Shown: piece after piece, positions 56,007-64,000 of the stretch
How the letters are laid out: each line of letters opens with the position of its first letter
Position numbering within the stretch: the first letter of the stretch is position 1
NCBI GenBank assembly: GCA_963693365.1
Contig: CAVNZM010000009.1
Span: 1,676,231 to 1,740,230, forward strand
Length of the DNA stretch: 64,000 nt
Direction: 5' to 3'
Origin: Amoebidium appalachense
Taxonomy: Eukaryota > Protista > Ichthyosporea
The notes under the pieces: generated by a model
Told to the model about the DNA's origin: nothing
The model's input: only the letters and a program-made list of their open reading frames with translations
The model's database searches: none
Program-made: the position numbers and the translations under genes

Positions 56007-56684
56007 ATGAGCAAAAAGCACTTTGTTATCAAGCGCGGTAGGTACCTACGGTTGTGCCATGGGTGGGTGGGGGTCTCTTCTCTTCTATCTTCCCCTCTAG
56101 CCTACCCTTCTTCTACTTGGCAATAAGAAGCGTGATTTTAAGATAGTGCACTGCTATGCAAGAGAGTTGTCGCTATGGAAATGCCTTTTACCGTGTCCCC
56201 GGTAGATCAGTTTGGTTGTTTACTCCCTCCTTCCCTCTTAGGTTCTGCTCCATCCCCTATCTTACCTTCACCACCCAACTCTTCCTCACCCACTCCTCCC
56301 CTCCTTCCTAAACCCCACCCTCCCCTCCTCCCGGGACCCCTCGCAGATGGCAGGCAGGAGCAGGTTATGTTCGACAAGATCACCTCCCGCATCGAGCGTC
56401 TCTGCTATGGTCTCAACACGGAGTTTGTTGACCCGGTGGAGGTGACGCAGAGTGTTATATCCGGGATATATCCCGGGGTGACCACCAAGGAGCTAGACAC
56501 ACTGGCTGCCGAGACCTGCGCCTACAAGACCACCACCCATCCTGACTATGCCATCCTGGCTGCGCGCATTGCCATGTCCAACCTGCACAAGGAGACAAAG
56601 AAGGCCTTTAGTGAGGTCAGTGCCTGTTTCTTTTCTTCTTTCCCCTTCTCTCCTCCCCCCTCTACCCCCTCCCCCCTCTCTCTC

Positions 56685-56722
<38 letters not shown>

Positions 56723-59700
56723 TAGACCGCTTTACTTCCATGCAACCGGGCATGGTTACTCTGTGTCGTGCATCTGTAAGCACATACACATTTTTCGCTG
56801 CACTGCATTAGCTTGCACACACATCTTCACCGTTTTGCTCACCTTGCTTGCATAAGAAACCCTGCTCGTCTTTGATCACGACGGGTTGACCCACCCAAGT
56901 TCAGTTGATGCTGCTGTCTCAGTTGGAGCGTCGTATATACGCGGGCTAAGGGGTCGAAACTCAGACGCAATTGATGACTTGGCCCTCCCTGAGGATGGGC
57001 TCTGCTTATGACGCATACTGTGCGCATGGATGATGTTGCATACTTGAATGTTTGCCTTTGCATGTGTCCTGCACCATGCTTCTCATCGTGTATGCGTACT
57101 TCGTACCGTGTTCCGCATTCAAACCCCCCAGTCTTCTTTCAGAGGTGTCCTTTCAGGACAGACCACTGTGTGGACCGCTTTACTTCTATGCAACCGGGCA
57201 TGGTTGCTCTGTGTCGTGCATCTGTAAGCACATACACATTTTTCGCTGCACTGCATTAGTTTGCACACACATCTTCACCGTTTTGCTCACCTTGCTTGCA
57301 TAAGCAACCCTGCTCGTCTTTGATCACGACGGGTTGACCCACCCAAGTTCAGTTGATGCTGCTGTCTCAGTTGGAGCGTCGTATATACGCGGGCTAAGGG
57401 GTCGAAACTCAGACGCAATTGATGACTTGGCCCTCCCTGAGGATGGGCTCTGCTTATGACGCATACTGTGCGCATGGATGATGTTGCATACTTGAATGTT
57501 TGCCTTTGCATGTGTCCTGCACCATGCTTCTCATCGTGTATGCGTACTTCGTACCGTGTTCCGCATTCAAACCCCCCCAGTCTTCTTTCAGAGGTGTCCT
57601 TTCAGGACAGACCACTGTGTGGACCGCTTTACTTCTATGCAACCGGGCATGGTTGCTCTGTGTCGTGCATCTGTAAGCACATACACATTTTTCGCTGCAC
57701 TGCATTAGTTTGCACACACATCTTCACCGTTTTGCTCACCTTGCTTGCATAAGCAACCCTGCTCGTCTTTGATCAAGACGGGTTGACCCTCCCAAGTTCA
57801 GTTGATGCTGCTGTCTGAGTTGCAGAGTCGTATATACGCGGGCTAAGGGGTCGAAACTCAGAAGCAATTGATGACTTGGGCCCTCCCTGAGGATGGGCTC
57901 TGCTTATGACGCATACTGTGCGCATGGATGATGTTGCATACTTGAATGTTTGCCTTTGTATGTGTCCTGCACCATGCTTCTCATCGTGTATGCGTACTTC
58001 GTACCGTGTTCCGCATTCAAACCCCCCAGTCTTCTTTCAGAGGTGTCCTTTCAGGACAGACCACTGTGTGGACCGCTTTACTTCTATGCAACCGGGCATG
58101 GTTGCTCTGTGTCGTGCATCTGTAAGCACATACACATTTTTCGCTGCACTGCATTAGTTTGCACACACATCTTCACCGTTTTGCTCACCTTGCTTGCATA
58201 AGCAACCCTGCTCGTCTTTGATCAAGACGGGTTGACCCTCCCAAGTTCAGTTGATGCTGCTATCTGAGTTGCAGAGTCGTATATACGCGGGCTAAGGGGT
58301 CGAAACTCAGAAGCAATTGATGACTTGGGCCCTCCCTGAGGATGGGCTCTGCTTATGACACATACTGTGCGCATGGATGATGTTGCATACTTGAATGTTT
58401 GCCTTTGCATGTGTCCTGCACCATGCTTCTCATCGTGTATGCGTACTTCGTACCGTATTCCGCATTCAAACCCCCCCCTTCACCCCTCCCTTATCCTCCA
58501 ACCCTCCTCCTCCTCACCCATCCCCCACCCCCCCCCCCCCCCCCCGGCGGCCCTCCGAGCTCCCCTCTCCCGTCTTCCCCCCTTTCCCTTTCTCTTTCGT
58601 CCCTGCCCTTGTTCAATAGGCCCTTTTCTTGGGTTGACCTGAAATTTTGCTTCTGCCTTTTTCTCTCCTTCTTTTCTTCTTTTGGCGATATACTGACCAG
58701 ACCACATAGTTCTGTATTTCTCGTGTCAACCCCCCTCTCTTTTTTCTCTTTATCCACACCCATCTCACCACAACCACACTCACTCTCTGCAGGTTATGAA
58801 TGACCTCTACAACTACATCGACACCAAAAACGGCCGCCACTGCCCACTCATCAGCAAGAAACTGCTCGACATCATCAACGCCAACGCCACCCGCCTCAAC
58901 TCAGCCATTGTGTTTGAGCGTGATTTCAACTACCAGTACTTTGGTTTCCGCACACTTGAGCGGTCCTATCTCCTGCGGCTCAACGGCAAGGTGGCTGAGA
59001 GGCCTCAGCACATGCTCATGCGTGTGGCTGTGGGCATTCACGAGGATGATATTGAGAGGTGTGTGTGTGCTTTCAATTTCATCCACACCCTGTGCCTTTC
59101 TCTTTCACCCTGCTTGTGTCCCCCTACTCGTTCTTCCTCTGGTTCCTCCTTCCAATTCCTTCCCCCTCCCTCCTCCCCCCCCTCCAACCACCCACCAACC
59201 CCCTCCCCCCCTCCCCCCCTCGTCCCCACACCCGCCCCGCTTCGACCTCAGTTGATGCCGAACACACCCCTTACACACCCCTTACAGGGCTTCGCGAATT
59301 TTCAAACACCGAGCTAGCCCTCTACAAACCGCATTTCGAAGCCACTTGCCTATGTGCATAGTACTGGCTACCGCTACTTACACTCCCCCTCTTCCCCTCA
59401 GGGCCATCGAGACGTACAACCTGATGTCTCAGGGCTGGTTCACACATGCCTCCCCCACACTGTTCAATGCCGGCACAAACCACCCCCAGCTGTCGTCGTG
59501 CTTCCTCCTTACCATGAAGGATGACAGCATCGAGGTAACCACCTCCCCCCTCCCTCCCCTCCCCCCCCCCCCCCCCCCCCCCCCCAAACAACCACGCACA
59601 CGCACACAAGACTGCCACAACTTACACCCCAGCAGATACTGATGTGCGCACACACCTCATTTACTGCCGAATGGCAACAATGCGTACTGTTGTGGTGATT

Positions 59701-60080
59701 GATCAGGCCAATTCATAGTCCTCAAAAGCACAGACTCCGTCTACACAAGCAACCGCAAGATCATTTATCAATCCTAGTGTGTGTAAAAACGGGCGGGAAA
59801 TGGTGGTGGGCGCAGAGAGGGGCGGGGTGGGGGTAAGGGTAAAGAGGAAAGGGGGAAAGCTGGGGAGGGGAAGGGGGGAGGGGGGAGGGACGGAGGTTTG
59901 GTTGTGGTGCTATGTATTAGTTGGCCCAATACTGCCCCATGCAGCATTATGACCTCTTTTATGGATAGTGCATATCGCTTCCCCCACCTCCCCCTCCCTC
60001 TTTCGCGCCCACTCAAAGAAAGACCTACCCACCAAACCCCCCCCTCCCCCCATAAATCTCTTGCACCGCCCACACACACT

Positions 60081-60120
<40 letters not shown>

Positions 60121-60446
60121 ACACACACGTACACACGTACACACACACACGCATCTACATACACAGGGCATCTTCGAGACGCTTAAGACCTGTGCCATGA
60201 TCAGCAAGACAGCTGGTGGCATTGGGCTTGCCGTGCACAATATTCGTGCCACAGGCAGCTACATTTCCGGCACCAATGGATACAGTAACGGCCTGGTGCC
60301 CATGCTGCGTGTGTTCAACAACACTGCAAGATATGTCGATCAGGGTGGGAACAAGCGCCCAGGCGCATTTGCAATCTACCTCGAGCCCTGGCATGCGGAT
60401 GTTTTTGACTTCCTGGATCTGAGGAAGAATACGGGCAAGGAGGAGC

Positions 60447-60515
<69 letters not shown>

Positions 60516-61340
60516 CGCGCGCATGTGTATATGCATGTGTGTGTGTGGGACTTGCTCGCCGTGTGTGCTTGGGCAGTGTATGTCATAAGAACGGACCTAC
60601 ACGTGGTAGCAAGAGACTGTGGAGAAAAGGAGTAGTGGGGTGGGGTAGGGGAATGGGGACGGTGAGCTTACCAAAATAGAGGCCTGTTGGGGTTGGTTTT
60701 TGTGACATGGTAAAGATACCTAAACACCCAACTACACTGCTAAACACTACTGCATACATGCATTTCTGATGCTTACAAAATAACGAAACCCACACACTAA
60801 CATCTATTTTCCGCAGCGTGCCCGAGACCTTTTCTTTGCGCTGTGGGTGCCTGATCTCTTCATGAAGAGGTGTGAGGAGGATGCTGAGTGGTCTCTCTTC
60901 AGCCCAAGTGAGGCCCCAGGTCTGGACACAACGTGGGGAGAAGAGTTCGAGAAACTCTACGCCAAGTATGTGTGCCCAAAACCCTCTGTTCGGTTTTAAT
61001 TAATAGTAGTCATAAAGAATGCTATGTATGTGTCTAGTGTGAGTGGTTGAAGCTGGCGGAATATGTGATTGTTTGTTGAATAATCAGTGTAGTAAAAGAT
61101 AGCCCGATAGAATGAGGATTGTGCCTAAAGGTGCCTATCGCGCTTGTGCTTATGAGGGGGAGTTGGAGCGCCCGAGGGTAGGGCGGCGGTGGGGGGGGGA
61201 AAGGGGGGGAGGGGATAAGTGGAAGGCAAGGAGGAGGGAGGGGAGATGTTGGGGAGGGGAGGGAGGGTAGGGGCAAAATCCACCAATTGTTAATAGCCAA
61301 CATCCCAATAAGTCAAACCATTGCATTGACCCCCATCTTC

Positions 61341-61380
<40 letters not shown>

Positions 61381-61859
61381 CTCTCTCTCTCTCTCCCTCC
61401 CCTCCCCTGCCCCCCCTTCTCCCCAGGTATGAGCAGGAGGGTCGTGCCCGTAAGAAGGTTAAGGCACAGGCACTGTGGTTCAGCATCCTTGAGGCGCAGA
61501 CAGAGACCGGGGGTCCCTTCATGCTGTACAAGGACGCATGCAACCGCAAGAGCAACCAGCAGAACCTGGGCACCATCAAGTGCTCCAATCTGTGCACGGA
61601 GATCGTCGAGTTCACTAGCCCGGACGAGGTATTGCTCATTTGAATCCCCCCCCCCCCCCCCCCCCCCCCCTCCCCCACCACCACCGCCACCATTACCACC
61701 AAATGGTCCCCTTGTTGCTTCCCTCCTCTCTCTATCCCCCCTCCCTCCTCCCCTCTCCCGTCACAAGGACGACCCCTTACCAGGTTGCCTTTGCCCGACA
61801 TGTATATCTCATCTCCCACGCCTCCCCTTCATATTTCTCCTCCCTTGCTATTCCTGCCC

Positions 61860-61890
<31 letters not shown>

Positions 61891-62043
61891 TGGTGGCTGC
61901 ATATTGGGCACGGCCGTCTGTGTCTGAATATGTTTTATACCCTCCCGATCTCCCAACCCCATTGCATCTCAACATTTGAAAATACTGGGCACATCTCCCT
62001 AACCCCTATCCTCTCCCCCTCCCCTCCCCTTGATCCCCCCCTC

Positions 62044-62079
<36 letters not shown>

Positions 62080-63094
62080 ATCCCTCCCCACCCCCCTCTC
62101 CCCTATCAGGTTGCCGTATGCAACCTAGCCTCTCTTGCCCTTCCCCAATACGTCGTCAACACACCGGAGGGCCCCAAGTTCGACCACGACAAACTGCGCC
62201 AGGTGACGCGTGTAGTGACGCACAATCTTAACAAGATCATTGATATCAACTACTACCCGGTGCCTGAGGCCAGAAAGTCAAACATGCGCCATAGGCCCAT
62301 CGGCATTGGTGTGCAGGGCCTGGCTGATGCTTTCATCAAGATGCGCTTCCCCTTTGACAGGTGGGTGTGCTGTGAGGGGATAGGAGGGGGGGGGGGGGGG
62401 GGGGGAGGGGGGGGGGGAGGGGGATGGATGGTGTGTGTGTTGCAGAGACGGGAGGGAGGGATTAGTGGTGTGTGTGAATAGGAGGGATTTGGGGGGAAAG
62501 GGTAAGGGGAGAAGGGAAAGCCTTGGAAAGAGGAGAAAACGGGGAAGGTACGAAGATCAAGAGAACGTTGTGTTTGGAAAAGGCTGGGGGAAGGGGGAGA
62601 GGGAAATGACTTTAAGAGTTAAGTCATGTGTACTATGCTCTTCCGCCCCTGCCCTCCCCCCCCCCCTCCCCCCCCCCGTGCTTCCCCCTCTCATTCCCAT
62701 CCCCATTTCCCCCCCAACACTTGGGGCCTTCCTGGCTCTATCCGTTGTACATAGTTTGTGCCTCATTCTTGCATATCCACACTACATTATTCGTTAGTAG
62801 AGGTGCACTTTACACTTAGCTCACAAACAAACCCCCACACCTACCGACTTCCCGCCCTCCCCCTCCCCCCCCCCCCCCCCCCCACCACCACCACCACCGC
62901 CGCCACCACTTTTCTTTTCTCACCTTGTCATGTGCAGCCCCCAGGCACGCCAGCTCAACACTGAGATCTTTGAGACCATTTACTACGCGGCTGTGGAGGA
63001 GAGTGTGGCTATGGCTGAGAGGGATGGGCCCTACGAGACATACCAGGGTAGCCCGGCTAGCAAGGGCATCCTGCAGGTGTGTGTGTGTGTGTGT

Positions 63095-63145
<51 letters not shown>

Positions 63146-63683
63146 GTGTGTGTGTGTGTGTGTGTACTGTGTGTGTGTGTGTGTGTGTGTATTGTGTGTG
63201 TGTGTGTGTCGGTGACATTCCCTGTATGCACACGTGCGTTAGTGCCCTTGCTGCATGTGTGTGGTAAATACATATATTCTTGCTTGTGCACTACACGGGT
63301 TGCTGTCCCATATTCTGCACGAATGCCACAGCGTTTATTAAACGGAGGCGAGATCTGAAAGCGTCTTTCCTCTTAGCCCATCCACAATTCACCTTGCAAC
63401 ATCAAAACAGGAACACATACCCCAACTTGCTAACCCATCTCTTTGCACCCCCCATCACTCACTCATCCACCCATTGCAGTTTGACATGTGGAACGTCACA
63501 CCCAGCAGCCGGTGGGACTGGGCCAGTCTCAAGGCCAAAATGGCCAAGCATGGTCTCAGAAACAGCCTGCTGGTGGCCCCCATGCCCACGGCTTCCACGG
63601 CTCAGATCCTCGGGAACAACGAGTCCATCGAGCCCTACACAAGCAACATCTACACTCGCCGTGTGCTGTCCGGAGAGTTCCAG
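56007..63683 (+). CDS. RRM1: Ribonucleoside-diphosphate reductase large subunit (class Ia); 3' exons lie beyond the window
   Basis: Exons 56007-56037, 56347-56615, 58793-59058, 59402-59534, 60167-60448, 60817-60965, 61427-61628, 62110-62360, 62938-63076, 63480-63683, all GT-AG and phase-compatible. ATP cone [66 protein letters not shown]. Confidence 0.97.
56722..58470 (+). repeat. Tandem array of ~3.9 units of 448-449 bp in RRM1 intron 2, each carrying the structured core (copy C of the repeat family)
   Basis: GCATAAG anchor at 56850, 57298, 57747, 58196. First unit is 5'-truncated against a C-run. Every unit ends CATTCAAA plus C6-8. Confidence 0.93.
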
Positions 63684-63806
63684 GTGTGTGTGTGGGTGTG
63701 TGTGTGTGTGTTGTGGGTGTGTGTGTGTGTTGGTCTGTTGTCGTTTGGTGGGAAGGTTTAGCTGTTTTTCCTATTTGCTCCTCTCCTCCTTCCCCCTCTC
63801 CCCCTC

Positions 63807-63837
<31 letters not shown>

Positions 63838-64000
63838 ATACACATCCTCCTCCTTCGCACCACTTCTCCCCTTATAGAGCCTCTTCTGATTCCCTCTTTC
63901 TCACCACGGCCCCCTCCCCCCCCCCCCCCCCCCCCCCTCTCTTCTCCTTCCCTCCTTCTATGTTCCTTGAGGTGTTCATGCCATATTTTAAACTTAACTT

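Noticed and set aside
56722-58470. CRISPR array, or a canonical hammerhead, HDV or twister ribozyme call for the tandem unit
   Set aside because: There are no unique spacers and the context is eukaryotic. Core words (CTGAGGA, CGAAAC, GGCTAAGGG, CCCAAG) are present but not in the order or helix context these ribozyme classes require.

Overview
Intron-rich eukaryotic genomic DNA, probably a unicellular holozoan-like organism (inference from the RRM1/RNF123 sequences and a minor-class intron). Introns are packed with poly(G)/poly(C), (CA)n and (CT)n tracts, so most of the ORF track is noise. Four spliced genes could be reconstructed by hand: the 5' part of RNF123/KPC1 (minus, 1-7446, with a U12-type AT-AC intron), a large gene with a dynamin-like GTPase N-terminus and a degenerate P-loop (plus, ~27975-49000), a CLN6-like membrane protein (minus, 51318-~54780) and the ribonucleotide reductase large subunit RRM1 (plus, 56007 to beyond the window end). 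A very young Ty1/copia LTR retrotransposon is inserted into a near-identical copy of itself (13582-25344; four 765-bp LTRs, two sets of 5-bp TSDs). Also present are a hAT-type MITE and a probable DNA-transposon relic with phased GTGATATCAC palindromes. The most unusual signal is a non-coding repeat family seen three times (4020-4290, 31687-31960, and a 449-bp tandem array at 56722-58470). It is always intronic and in sense orientation, always ends in ATTCAAA followed by a C-run, and keeps a covarying multi-helix fold with a possible pseudoknot and separated hammerhead-like motifs. It is a candidate poly(C)-targeting, Penelope-like non-autonomous retroelement or novel structured RNA.
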